This document shows, in pieces, positions 29,374 through 39,703 of a DNA stretch of 64,000 nucleotides. The DNA comes from an uncultured delta proteobacterium (lineage in GTDB: Bacteria > Desulfobacterota > Binatia > UBA9968): positions 1 through 64,000 of the forward strand of contig CAVUVW010000017.1 of NCBI GenBank assembly GCA_963745035.1. The letters are read 5' to 3'. The first letter of the stretch is position 1, and every line of letters begins with the position of its first letter. The position numbers and the translations under genes are program-made. The notes under the pieces were generated by a model, which was given only the letters and a program-made list of their open reading frames with translations, was not told where the DNA came from and did not search any database.

Positions 29374-29973
29374 ATGAGCCGTCAGCGGGATCAGCTAAAC
29401 AACGCGCCCGATAAGGCAGCAACCGCCCTTATCCTCATCGACGTCATCAATCCCATCGATTTCGAAGGCGGCGAACGACTCCTTGAGCACGCGCTGCCAA
29501 TGGCGAAGGCGCTTGCGGCTCTAAAGCGCCGGGCAAAGGCGGCGAAAATCCCGGCAATCTACGTTAACGATCATTTTGGCCGCTGGCGTTCGGACTTTCC
29601 GCACCTGGTGGAGGCATTTCTAGAACCCGAAGTCAGGGGTAAACCGGTTGTTGAGCTTCTGCAGCCCGAGGAAGATGACTATTTCGTGCTGAAACCGAAG
29701 CACTCCGCTTTTTATCAGACCAATCTCGAAACCCTGCTCGGATATTTAGGGGCAGACACACTCATACTTACCGGCATGGCAGGTGATATCTGTGTTTTGT
29801 TTAGCGCAAACGATGCCTATATGCGGGATTTCCGTCTCATCATCCCTCCCGATTGTACGGCTTCGGAGGATCGCCGGGAAAACCAGCAAGTATTGAACTT
29901 AATGGGCCGTGTCTTAAAAGCAGAGCCCAAAGTGTCGACCGAATTAGAATTTGACCAAACCCGAGTCGTGTAA
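29374..29973 (+). CDS. Isochorismatase-family cysteine hydrolase
   Basis: LIDVIN, KPKHSAFY, GMAGDICV, DAYMRDF. Confidence 0.9.
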   Translation: MSRQRDQLNNAPDKAATALILIDVINPIDFEGGERLLEHALPMAKALAALKRRAKAAKIPAIYVNDHFGRWRSDFPHLVEAFLEPEVRGKPVVELLQPEEDDYFVLKPKHSAFYQTNLETLLGYLGADTLILTGMAGDICVLFSANDAYMRDFRLIIPPDCTASEDRRENQQVLNLMGRVLKAEPKVSTELEFDQTRVV

Positions 29974-30092
29974 CCCTAGCGCTCCGGAAGTTGATTGTAT
30001 TCGACATCGACGGCAAAATCGTCCGCAGGCCGGAGAAGGCATTCCTGCCGTGGATGCGATCGAAGACAGCCGGGCTTGTCATAGGCGATGAC

Positions 30093-30405
30093 TTAAACGA
30101 GTGGCAGTTGCCCAGGTGGCACGTAGTCGGGAGGGAGGGGTTTGATGCACTCCGGCGTGTCGTGTTCCGGTGCATTCACGAAGTTTGATACATCGTGCGT
30201 TTGCATCTGCTCCGCCGGCCACGGTCGTAGTATCGAGTGCGGATCATGGTTGCGCTAAAGCCACTCCTGGCCCGTCGCCTCCTCATAGATAACGGGCATT
30301 CGGCTGTGAATCGGACTTATTAACTCGTTCGGCTCGGTGGTAATGATCGTGAAGGAGTGGAGCGCGTCGCCGTCCTTCGGGTGGCGCCAGGAATCCCAAA
30401 GAAAA
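30093..30405 (-). pseudogene. C-terminal remnant of an SOS response-associated peptidase (SRAP)
   Basis: LWDSWRHPKDGDALHSFTIITTEPNELISPIHSRMPVI...WL* then VSNFVNAPEHDTPECI. Confidence 0.8.
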
Positions 30406-30465
30406 CTAAATCGATGCTGTGCAGGTATCGGAGACCCACCGATGAGTTAAAAAACGGACACCGGC

Positions 30466-30494
30466 CTTGACACGTTTTTGATCAAGATTAAATT
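30466..30494 (+). promoter_or_regulatory. sigma70 promoter overlapped by a HAIR-like inverted repeat
   Basis: TTGACA-N16-TAAATT; CTTGACA-N7-GATCAAG versus HAIR CTTGAGT-N7-ACTCAAG. Confidence 0.5.
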
Positions 30495-30536
30495 TCAAAT
30501 CGAAGAATGATTGACCTGGAAAGGAGGAACTGAACC

Positions 30537-30992
30537 ATGTTTGGTGAATTAACGAGATGGAGCCCAGTCGATGAATTGTCGAGCTGGCATCGAGATATCG
30601 ACGATCTGTTTGGGCGCTTTTTTGGACGCCCCGAGTCACCTTCTACTTCACTCAACTGGGTCCCCCGGGTAGAAACCTATCGGAAGGAAAACGACTACGT
30701 CATTAAGGTAGATCTCCCCGGTGTCGACCCAAAGGACGTTAATGTCCAGGCGGAAGGAAATTTACTGACGATCACGGGGGAACGAAAGGCTGAAGAGAAC
30801 GGGCCCGAATATCGGGAAACTTTCTACGGCAAGTTTGAACGCCAGCTTGCGCTTCCCCAAGGCGTAGAGGCTGAAAAGATTGCCGCTCGCTATGAGCACG
30901 GTGTTCTTGAGGTCCGGGTGCCGCTTCCCGCACAGCTTGTTGGAAGGAGCATCCCGATTCAGATCGAGCACAACAATAGCAAAAAAGCTTGA
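30537..30992 (+). CDS. Hsp20/alpha-crystallin small heat-shock protein
   Basis: VDLPGV, LTITGER, YGKFER, ARYEHGVLEV. Confidence 0.95.
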   Translation: MFGELTRWSPVDELSSWHRDIDDLFGRFFGRPESPSTSLNWVPRVETYRKENDYVIKVDLPGVDPKDVNVQAEGNLLTITGERKAEENGPEYRETFYGKFERQLALPQGVEAEKIAARYEHGVLEVRVPLPAQLVGRSIPIQIEHNNSKKA

Positions 30993-31050
30993 ATCAAAAG
31001 CGGCGTAAATTACGCCAGTCTTATAAACCGCCCATCTGCGGCGGTTTCAG

Positions 31051-31079
31051 AAAGGGTCCCCGATGGGACCCTTTTTTTT
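31051..31079 (+). terminator. Rho-independent terminator
   Basis: AAAGGGTCCC-CGAT-GGGACCCTTT followed by a T-run. Confidence 0.85.
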
Positions 31080-31188
31080 GGCTATGTGATTCCTCGCCAC
31101 TTGCCATTTTAGACTTCCGACTTATATTTCTTTTGCTCGCGCCAACGGCGCAAAAACATCGCGTTTTTTCATAGGAGAATTGTAAGTA

Positions 31189-32407
31189 ATGCAATTTGAG
31201 AAGACGCTGCCCGCTGTATTTCCAGCATCAACTCGACCTCTTCGCATCGCTCAAATAGCGCCGCTCTATGAGAGCGTGCCGCCCAAGCTGTACGGCGGTA
31301 CGGAACGAGTTGTCGCCTACTTGACTGAAGAGCTAGTGCGCAGGGGACATGAGGTCTCTCTTTATGCCTCCGGTGATTCCACAGCCAGCGTTCCCCTCGT
31401 ACCCGGCTCGCCGCAGTCACTGAGACTCAGCGGACTCGATCATCTCGCGCACATCTATCATCTGCCCATGCTGAGCGATGTCTATGACAACGCCAATCGC
31501 TTCGACATCATCCACTCGCATCTCGATTGTCTAACGTTTCCACTGGCCCGATTAGCGTCAGGTGCCAACGTTATCGACGATGCACGGGCGTCTAGATGTA
31601 AAAGAAATGCTCCCGATCTATCGAAGCTATAAGGACCTACCGGCTGTCTCAATCAGTGATGACCAGCGCCGTCCGATTCCTGACTTAAACTGGGTTCGGA
31701 CCATCTATCACGGTTTACCGAGGGATCTTTTAAGATTCAGTCCAAAAGCGGGTGATTACCTCGCTTTCCTGGGAAGAATATCTCCTGAAAAGCGCCCGGA
31801 CCTCGCTATCGAGATTGCCCGACGTACGGGAGTCCGTCTCAAGATAGCTGCGAAGGTGGACCGCAATGACCGCGACTATTTCGAATCCGTGATCAAGCCT
31901 ATGTTGTCCAGTCCCCGTATCGAATTCATTGGAGAGGTAAACGAGACCGAGAAGCAGGATCTTTTAGGGTGTGCGCTCGCCTTACTTTTTCCAGTCGACT
32001 GGCCCGAGCCGTTTGGTCTCGTTATGATCGAAGCACTTGCCTGCGGTACACCCGTAATCGCGAGACCATTCGGTTCGGTGCCGGAGGTACTGCGCCATGG
32101 CATTACGGGCTTCCTGGGAGCATCTCTCGAAGAGCTTGTCAGCTCAGTCAATAAGATCGGCGACATTTCTCGGCAAAGATGTCGGGAGGAATTCGAGACC
32201 CGCTTCACAAGCGAGGTGATGGCGGCTAACTACGAGCATGTTTATTACCACCTGGCTACGATGAATTGGAGAACGCAACGGCGAACGGCCCGATCCAAAT
32301 CTCCGGTTAACGGTGCGGCGCTTGGCTGCACACCAATGGCATTCAACTATCAAAGATGGGTTGAACGGCCAAAAGGACCGTGGGTGCTCCGGTCGAGACC
32401 TCGATAG
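31189..32407 (+). CDS. GT4 family glycosyltransferase (frameshift at ~31561)
   Basis: RIAQIAPLYESVPPKLYGGTER, FLGRISPEK, WPEPFGLVMIEALACGTPV; one extra G splits the ORF. Confidence 0.88.
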
Positions 32408-32683
32408 TTAGGCTAAAGGAGGAATTGTATGAGCGAACTAAATAGTGATTTGAATCAGAACAATTTGAAACTACAAATCGCAGATCAAGCGAACAGTCCT
32501 GTCTCTGATCCAAAAGAAAAGCTAAGCCTCGAAACATTCAAGAACGACTCAGACTGGAATGTGACTCCGGCTGAACTCTACGGGTGCCTTTGTCATACTA
32601 GAGCATGAAGATAATTGCCCGTGTCGACATTTTGATCGAAATCCAGGAAATCGGAACAGAAATATTACAGGAGGTAACTAAAT

Positions 32684-33142
32684 ATGGCTGAGTGGCATCC
32701 CTTCGAAGATTTGGCAAGTCTTCGACAAGAAATTGATCGGGCTTTTGAAGGTTTCGGCGTCGCACAAGACCCCTTGCGTCACGTTGCCTTCCTTCCAGGA
32801 AGGGGGCCGAGACGATATCCGCTAATCAATTTGCTCGAGGACAAGGACAATATCTACATCGAGGCGCTGACACCGGGAGTAAATCCGAAGTCGCTGGATA
32901 TTAGCGTTACACATAACCGGCTCACTTTGGCCGGGGAGAAAACCCGCATTGCCGAGGATGTGAAACCGGAAGCTTTTCACAGAAGCGAGAGAGCGAGCGG
33001 AAAATTCGTCAGGATCGTCGATCTGCCCCTGGAGGTCGAGGGGGGAGAAATAGAAGCAGAATACAAGAATGGTCTACTATTCGTAACGATACCAAAGGCG
33101 GAAAAAGCTAAACCAAGACAAATCAATGTAAAAATCGCCTAA
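32684..33142 (+). CDS. Hsp20 small heat-shock protein
   Basis: YPLINL, FHRSERASGKF, AEYKNGLL..IPKAE. Confidence 0.93.
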   Translation: MAEWHPFEDLASLRQEIDRAFEGFGVAQDPLRHVAFLPGRGPRRYPLINLLEDKDNIYIEALTPGVNPKSLDISVTHNRLTLAGEKTRIAEDVKPEAFHRSERASGKFVRIVDLPLEVEGGEIEAEYKNGLLFVTIPKAEKAKPRQINVKIA

Positions 33143-33173
33143 AACAATCTGCGCAAGAAGGAGGACAGGAGCG

Positions 33174-33572
33174 ATGGCAGAAAGAACTATAGCGACTCGC
33201 TCGCAAAAATCGATCAACCCGGGCAGAGAAGAGACGCGTAGCCAAGAGCAATACATAACGCCGCCGGTTGATATCTATGAGACCCAGAACGGACTGGTGG
33301 TGAAAGCGGATCTGCCGGGAGTTTCCAAGAACAGCATGGATGTACGCGTGGAAAACAACCTGTTGACTATACGCGCAAATGCGGCTCACATCGCACCCGG
33401 TGATACAGTCTATCGCGAATACGCGCTGGTCAATTTCTTCCGACAGTTCGAATTGAACGAAAGAGTGGATCAGTCAAAAATCTCGGCTGAGCTCAATCAC
33501 GGCGTGTTGACTCTAAATCTACCCAAAGCGGAAGAGACGAAACCAAGAAAGATTGATGTGAAAGTAGCTTAG
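33174..33572 (+). CDS. Hsp20 small heat-shock protein
   Basis: PPVDIYET, ADLPGV, AELNHGVLTLNLPKAE. Confidence 0.93.
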   Translation: MAERTIATRSQKSINPGREETRSQEQYITPPVDIYETQNGLVVKADLPGVSKNSMDVRVENNLLTIRANAAHIAPGDTVYREYALVNFFRQFELNERVDQSKISAELNHGVLTLNLPKAEETKPRKIDVKVA

Positions 33573-33766
33573 TCATTCGATGATCTCAGATAATCTCAAT
33601 GGTCCGAGTATGGCGCAGAGAATGGGATTGCGAACTTTGTCATGCCCAGCCGGGACTGGGGGAGTGGATTTGCAAAACGCCGCACCCCAGTCTGCGGCCG
33701 GTACTAACGATGGCAATTTCAGGACGCACGGATCGATGACTAGGAAGTCATTTGCGGACGTAGAGT

Positions 33767-34042
33767 TCAGATTAAATTAAACGCTTTTGCCATGCCTTCG
33801 CGAACACTAAACGTTTCGTTCGGGCCTTCTATCGGCGAATACTTAGCGCCTTCAACCGCAACGTTTTCTGGGATTTCTGCCCAAAACAGCAAATATCCAA
33901 CCCAATATTCTCTATAGGCATCCGGCGGGTTCGCTAGCCAGATTACGGGGTGCACATCTTTTAGAATGACGTTGGAAACAGTTTTAACCAGCGCGTCCGG
34001 TTTTGATCGACTTTCAAACGTTACGAAATAATAATTGCTCAT
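33767..34042 (-). CDS. Hypothetical protein
   Basis: 91-aa ORF with plausible RBS (AGGGG) and natural composition. Confidence 0.5.
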   Translation of the reverse strand: MSNYYFVTFESRSKPDALVKTVSNVILKDVHPVIWLANPPDAYREYWVGYLLFWAEIPENVAVEGAKYSPIEGPNETFSVREGMAKAFNLI

Positions 34043-34392
34043 GAATCGCCCCTGCCCAATAACGCAGTTTCAACTCGCGCCAGTCAGTTTTCAACTATCG
34101 GATTCAATCACCATCACAGGCCAATAGGTGTCTACCTCGTAGACATGCCAAATTTGAGTCTGTTCGTGAAATTTGGCTTTCAATTCGTCGTCCGCGTGAA
34201 AAACCCCTCCGCCATCCAAAGTTTACCGAAAGGAGCGAGACGTACTCCTACCCCGCCGGTACCTCCTGAATCTGGCACTCTCAGCTTACTCGAATTAATC
34301 CGATCACAATTTACTATCTCGCAACTCAGTTCTACGATGAGTTCTTTTTGGGCAGCTCAGCGCTTTAGTGTGATCTGCCGGAACGTCACGGA

Positions 34393-34993
34393 TTACCTAC
34401 GCCTCTTCTCTCCGGAAACAACCAGACGTTTTCGACGTGACGCGCCCTGGCGTGCAGCGCGTCTACCCGGTGATCGCGTCGGCTGTCTGGATCTGACTTT
34501 TGGACTTCGCTCGATTTTTGTAGGCTTCAACGCGCGCACAGGGGCTTCTTCGGCCGGTGCCTCGGTGCTCAAGTCATCCATCATCTCCTGTAAGATCTTC
34601 ATGAGAAGCCGCCGCTGCGCTTTTTCGCTGGCGCTCCAAGTGTCCTTTCCAGCGCGTTTGTGTGCGAGTTTATACTTGAGTCCGGTGAGGGCCGTACTAT
34701 AGGTATTCTCGTCGAGCTTCCGGACGTTTTGATGCGCAAGAATGTACCAGTGGTATTCGGTCCCGACGGGAACACCGAACCCCGGCGGTGCGTGACCCGC
34801 ACGCCGTTTCGGGACGGCGTAACTGAATTCCCACCGGTCCGGCGCAACCTTTTTTCTCCTTCCACTCACCCTTCTAGTAATACCACTTGTGTCGACCTCC
34901 GACTCTCATGCCCGTGTATTTTTTCCCCTCGAAAACTTTGAAGGCATTGTACGTCTTCGCCGCATCTTCTTCTAAGATTTGTTTCTTGTTCAT
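34393..34993 (-). pseudogene. Conserved hypothetical protein disrupted by a stop and a frameshift
   Basis: YNAFKVFEGKKYTGMRVGGRHKWYY*KGEWKEK/KVAPDRWEF...GTEYHWYILAHQNVRKLD. Confidence 0.7.
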
Positions 34994-35063
34994 GGTGCAA
35001 CTCCCTTTGACTCCTGCTTCTGAGCGAGACTGGAATGACTGTTCCAGGCCGATACAGCGCGAG

Positions 35064-35387
35064 TCACGCCGCCCGATTGTGCATCCGATCTGCCTTCGTG
35101 GTTTCGCACAACTCACGTCGCACGTACTGCGGATCGAGCCCGAGCCGGACGCATACGGTATCGAATGAGAATACCCAGCTCTCACCCTCCTGCATGATCC
35201 ACTCTTCCGCTTCACGAAATCGTCTCTTGCCATATGCATCGCGTGCCCGATTGAATTTTCGGTACTCCATAATCGCGTCCTCCAGCACCGCAGCAAGGAG
35301 CGATTTCTCAGGTTCGAGGTGCTCGCTACGGCGAAACGTGTCCAAATACCCTTCGACCAGTGATACATCGCCGCTTATGTTGGTCAT
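35064..35387 (-). CDS. Conserved small hypothetical protein (EPEKxLLxAVLEDA...FSFxxVCxxLGLDP)
   Basis: RBS AAGGAGG; sigma54 promoter upstream. Confidence 0.75.
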   Translation of the reverse strand: MTNISGDVSLVEGYLDTFRRSEHLEPEKSLLAAVLEDAIMEYRKFNRARDAYGKRRFREAEEWIMQEGESWVFSFDTVCVRLGLDPQYVRRELCETTKADRMHNRAA

Positions 35388-35437
35388 TGTACTGTCCTCC
35401 TTCCTACGTTTTTGGCATAGCTTCCTTTTAAAAATCC

Positions 35438-35453
35438 GCAAATCTGGTGCCAG
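35438..35453 (-). promoter_or_regulatory. sigma54 (-24/-12) promoter
   Basis: Minus strand CTGGCAC-CAGAT-TTGC, a consensus match. Confidence 0.75.
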
Positions 35454-35593
35454 ACATCGGGGTATTCATATTTTAGTTTCTTATCGGCTAAGCACGGAAT
35501 TTTTCTTTGGTTAGCCTTAGGAAAAGATATGCCATCCTGTGAACGACGTGAGCAAAGGGTCGTGGAAAATCTCCCCTAGCCTTGGTGTTCACT

Positions 35594-36415
35594 TCAAACC
35601 GGTTTGATTGGCATGATTGGCCAAGCAAGGACTTCCTGGTATCGAGCAAAATGGCAAAGCGGTTTGGTATCAGTCAATTTCAGTCCCAAAGCTGCGCTCA
35701 TCGTATTTCTACGCAGGTCGACTTCCGCGCGCTGAAGTGGCCATGGGAGATGGTGAATTTCGCCGGAAACGATTTGATCTGCTTTCAGTCCTCCGTAGAG
35801 AGCATATCTTTCAGTCAGCCAGTGATCGAGCGTCCCCAGTGCTGAAAAATACTCCGGTGAAGTGGGGCTATACTTCGCATAAAACTCTGCGGACGGAGCA
35901 TTTTTATGAGTGCGGACGCTTTCGTAGTCGACCACATCCGCCTGAATTTTTTGAATGGTCATCCGGGCGTCGTAATACGGTAAACCGAACCAACGAGCCA
36001 CCCTGACAGAAAGCCAACTTGCTGCATCGAGACTAAAGAACCAAACACCGGGCTTATCCCTAAATTTTACATATGTGCGTACGTTCAGTTCGGGAAACGC
36101 CAAAGATATCGGAATGTAACGTGGTCGCACGCCGCTCATGTAAAACGGGACCACGCCAATCCAAGCCGAGCCGTCAAAGATATCAATTTCCAATGCGTCG
36201 GGAATGAGAGATCGTACCAAATCAACTGGAACGGGCCAGTGTGCGAAGAGCAGATCGTGCCAGCGCATGGAAAGTACCCACGGGCTTTTTGGAAGAGGCC
36301 AAGGGCGATGCTTTGTTTGGGCAGTTATCCCTGAAGTAGTTGTCGAACATCCGATCGCGACCGCGTTCAGCATGGCGGACGAGCCGAGTGTCAAAAATCG
36401 ACGTCTGGTCACCAT
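35594..36415 (-). CDS. DUF2071 (YqjF) family protein with a Tat/lipoprotein-like leader
   Basis: MRWHDLLFAHWPV, FPELNVRTYV, GVWFFSLDA, WLTERY; N-terminus TRRRFL...AIGC. Confidence 0.88.
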   Translation of the reverse strand: MVTRRRFLTLGSSAMLNAVAIGCSTTTSGITAQTKHRPWPLPKSPWVLSMRWHDLLFAHWPVPVDLVRSLIPDALEIDIFDGSAWIGVVPFYMSGVRPRYIPISLAFPELNVRTYVKFRDKPGVWFFSLDAASWLSVRVARWFGLPYYDARMTIQKIQADVVDYESVRTHKNAPSAEFYAKYSPTSPEYFSALGTLDHWLTERYALYGGLKADQIVSGEIHHLPWPLQRAEVDLRRNTMSAALGLKLTDTKPLCHFARYQEVLAWPIMPIKPV

Positions 36416-37102
36416 TACTGCTGCTTAATTCGCAGTCCGGTCAGCACGCTCTACTAACAGGATAACATAGGCTTTATACTCCGCCGATTGTGCAGAAAGG
36501 ACCTGCCCTTCGGTGTGCCCTGCTATTCTAAAATGACCTCCGGAGACAGCGCCGGTCCAGAGTTCCAGATGCGAACCGCTATTTCTTCTTCGATTTCTTG
36601 CGCGGCACCTTTCCGCCCACAGCGTGAGCATCAGTCTCCGACAGCAAACTCAATTTTATTCACGATCGGCCAAACCGCACGCCGTCCCGCCGAACTGGGA
36701 AGTGGCGAACGCGACAATTTTCCGCAACGCGGGCTTACCATCCCGGCTGCATAACGGCGACCCTAGTTCGTAATCCATTTTTCGTAATCCATTTCATGAC
36801 GATCATGAAATACTTGGCGGACCGATGCATGATCACTAAAGCGGGGCATTTTGGGGGCATTAAAGTTAACTGAACAAGAAGGATCAAGTAAATTGCGGGA
36901 TATTCGTCCCCCACGCCTCCCCTGCCCGTCCCGGCGACGGCCGCGACATTCTCGGCGAGGCCTTCGATCGAGCCGAGATTTGTTTCTACATTGTTTCCAC
37001 GGCAACTGAACCTAACCATAAAAATAGCGCGCGCCCAGTTCAATTCTTCTGCTTTTTCACATCTTTTCCTGGCTCAGGCGGTATGGGAACGGATTGCTGT
37101 TT

Positions 37103-37148
37103 TTCGTAATCAGTAGGTCGCCGGTTCGACTCCGGCGCGGCGGTTTCA
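37103..37148 (+). tRNA. Degenerate 3' fragment of tRNA-Thr(CGT)
   Basis: TTCGTAATCAGTAGGTCGCCGGTTCGACTCCGGC...; no 5' half; acceptor end decayed. Confidence 0.75.
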
Positions 37149-37429
37149 CATCTTCGATGACTCCGAATCATATCCATGATTCCCATCGGAACGATGGGAA
37201 GAGGTTTACACGAGGCAATTCTGTTCCCCTCCATCTGGCAGCAAGCACGGTGAATCGGCACCTGTCGCTTCCAGTTTTAACACGCCGATATGCACAGTTT
37301 GCACTGTCCGGTTTTTGACAGGTCGTTCGTTGAAAATAGTGAAAGATTGGTGAAAACTGGATATACGGGATTGCTGGAAAATTGCAGAGTTAGACCGTTC
37401 GTGAATGATGCTTAAAGAGTAACGCAGAA

Positions 37430-37473
37430 CTCTCACGTCGGGAACACGGGTTCGATTCCCGTTGGGACCACCA
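37430..37473 (+). tRNA. 3' fragment of tRNA-Glu(CTC); probable attR/right island boundary
   Basis: CTCTCACGTCGGGAACACGGGTTCGATTCCCGTTGGGACCACCA begins exactly at the anticodon loop. Confidence 0.85.
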
Positions 37474-37686
37474 TAATTCCCGACAACTGCAAATTTCCGC
37501 TAGTGAGGATTTCCGATTTCGGTTTCCGCCGATTGACGCCATTACAGAACGTTCTTTCTTGCCAACGCTGTCACGGGCGAAGGCTTTAGCTTCCTTCCAA
37601 GCCAGCAATTTTCACCCAAAGTATGCTAGTAATAGCCCGTTGGGCCGTCGTCACCCACGATTATGTTTTCTAGTTGGAGGGCAGCG

Positions 37687-38502
37687 ATGAATTTCTACGG
37701 CACCGGACAACCGCTAACGCGCAAGGGCTTGGCCAACGCGCTCGCGATCCTTGGACTCAGCCCCAACGACGCCGCTTATATCTGGACGGTAGTGGAGGTG
37801 GAAACCGCCGGGTTAACTCAGGGATTCGGCTTTCGTCTCGACCGCCGGCCGCAAATTCTTTTCGAGCGGCACATGTTCAGAAAGTACACCAACGGCAGAT
37901 TCGACGACGAAGCGCCGGACATCTCGGGCCCGGCCGGCGGCTACGGCCTTCTTTCGGAACAGTATTCGAGAATGGAAAAGGCCCTGTCGCTTTGCGCCAA
38001 GGCGAAGCTCGGCGCCGAGCCGGCGCTCAAATCCGCGTCCTGGGGCATGGGCCAAGTTATGGGATTTAACTGCACCGTCGGCGGCTACAAATCCTGCGTG
38101 AGGATGGTCCGGGCGATGGTGCGGAGCGAAGATCACCAGCTTGCCTGCATGGCCGGCTTTCTCAAAGCCAACGGCTTGGCGGAGAAATTGGTCAAAAGAG
38201 AATGGAGCGGCTTTGCCAGAATGTATAACGGACCGAATTATTGGCAAAACCGTTACGACGTGAAGCTCGCCGAGCAATTTGAACGCTTCGCGAGCGGTTC
38301 CGTTCCCAATCTGGAAACGCGCACGGCGCAAGTAGCCTTGCTCTTTCTGGGTTACGGGCCGGGACGCATCGACGGCATCATCGGCCCGCGCACACGCGCC
38401 GCCATCAAGAGCTTTCGCGTTGCGGCGGGACTGCCGGCGAGCGAGGAGCTAGACGGGCCGGCCTACCAAGTGTTGTGCAAGAAAGCTCGGATTCGCCCCT
38501 GA
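37687..38502 (+). CDS. N-acetylmuramidase (DUF3380) with C-terminal peptidoglycan-binding domain
   Basis: VVEVET, ILFERH, SASWGMGQVMGFN, FARMYNGP, YDVKL; GRIDGIIGPRTRAAI. Confidence 0.9.
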   Translation: MNFYGTGQPLTRKGLANALAILGLSPNDAAYIWTVVEVETAGLTQGFGFRLDRRPQILFERHMFRKYTNGRFDDEAPDISGPAGGYGLLSEQYSRMEKALSLCAKAKLGAEPALKSASWGMGQVMGFNCTVGGYKSCVRMVRAMVRSEDHQLACMAGFLKANGLAEKLVKREWSGFARMYNGPNYWQNRYDVKLAEQFERFASGSVPNLETRTAQVALLFLGYGPGRIDGIIGPRTRAAIKSFRVAAGLPASEELDGPAYQVLCKKARIRP

Positions 38503-38615
38503 CAACGCCTGCTGGACGAGGGATTTCCTCAAATCGCGCGTTTCCGCTGTTCCACGATGTTGCTTGCCACAACACCTTCCACGCTTTTCGTCTTTCGCGC
38601 CGAGCTCGCCGCGCG

Positions 38616-39168
38616 TTAGACCTTGCCTTGCGACCGCAGCAAATCGATGCGCTGGCGAACAATGTCACCGAGATCGGTCGTCGGCAGTCCGTCCGGCACT
38701 TGAATCGATTGGGCGCCGAGCTGGGTGATTTTCTCGTTCAGGCTATGCAAGCTGCCGCGGATCCGTTCGTAGTCCTGCAAATATTGGCGGCAGGCGAGAA
38801 TATTGTCGTCGATCTCTTCCAGACATTTCGACAATCTCCGGCTCTCCTGGCTGAAAGTTTGCCGTAGGTGCTCGACGTTGGCCTGAATGATTTGCTCTTC
38901 CACCGGCCGTATTTGCTTGGCGATCTCATTCTTCATGTCGTGCAAGCGCCTGCAGCAAGCGCTCGTAAGACTGTTCCTCGCTCATAAGTTCCTCCGGCAG
39001 TTGGATCCTGGGTTCGCGCATGGAAATGTAGTGTTGCGCGAGAGATTGCGAAACTCGCTTCTTGACCAGCGCAAGGGCTGCCTCAGTCTCGCGAATCTTT
39101 GCGTCCACTACCGATTCGTCTGAAATCAATTGGACCAGCCTCTCAATCGGGCCGGTTGCAAGAGCCAT
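38616..39168 (-). CDS. Coiled-coil hypothetical protein (frameshift at ~38945 joins two ORFs)
   Basis: ...YERLLQAL/HDMKNEIAKQ... is continuous after removing one base. Confidence 0.7.
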
Positions 39169-39348
39169 GGTCTGCTCCACTCTAAGCCGGGTTGGGGATT
39201 ACCCGGCAAGATCAGCCTTACTCATTATCCAGTCCGCCGCGAAACTGCAAGAACTGGCAAGGAAGCGAGTTTAAAACGAAACCGTGCGAAAGAAAGAAAC
39301 TATTGGTAGATTCGCGATAATCGACGGCCGGAGATCGGGCGGCGCGGG

Positions 39349-39696
39349 TTAGTTCTTGTCGGGCCCTTTGTCCTGCTTCAACTCGCGCTTCCAACTCAAA
39401 GTGCGCGCCTTGGCGGCGATCTGTTCCGCTTCGGCGATCATGCCTTTTTGCTGATAAAAGATCGAAAGACTGGTGTGCGCCAGCTCGTCATTCGGAGCGA
39501 CTTCGACCAGCCGTTTGCCGATGTCGATGGCCTGATCGAGCTTTTCCTGATGCGCGTACGTCATGGCCAGGGCGTGCAGTGCGTCGGCATAGTCGGGGTC
39601 CTCGTCGAGCGCGCGCAGATAGTCGACGACGGCGTCGTCAAGCCTGTCCTCGGCGAAATGCTCCATCCCGCGGTTGTAATGATCTTCCTTGTTCAT
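39349..39696 (-). CDS. TPR-repeat protein
   Basis: HYNRG, ALDEDPDYADALHALA, AHTSLSIFY. Confidence 0.85.
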   Translation of the reverse strand: MNKEDHYNRGMEHFAEDRLDDAVVDYLRALDEDPDYADALHALAMTYAHQEKLDQAIDIGKRLVEVAPNDELAHTSLSIFYQQKGMIAEAEQIAAKARTLSWKRELKQDKGPDKN

Positions 39697-39703
39697 GACA
39701 CGC

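Larger units (their letters stand above)
1..37473. mobile_element. Composite genomic island / accessory region; left end outside the window, right end at the tRNA-Glu 3' fragment
   Basis: Contains recombinases, integrase remnants, several tRNA 3' fragments, gene fragments and cargo genes. Sequence is visibly more AT-rich than after ~37.6 kb, where conserved housekeeping synteny begins. Confidence 0.7.

Noticed and set aside
33650-33697. GC-rich stem-loop GACTGGGG...CCCCAGTC as an ncRNA
   Set aside because: Single copy between convergent genes; most simply a terminator-like hairpin, with no family features.
34874-34876. In-frame TAG as stop-codon readthrough (pyrrolysine or recoding)
   Set aside because: A frameshift follows within ~25 nt, and TAG is used as a normal stop elsewhere; gene decay or error is more likely.
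36420-37080. Short ORFs and the ATGGATTACGAA duplication near 36770
   Set aside because: They look like unassignable decayed gene fragments; no supportable call.
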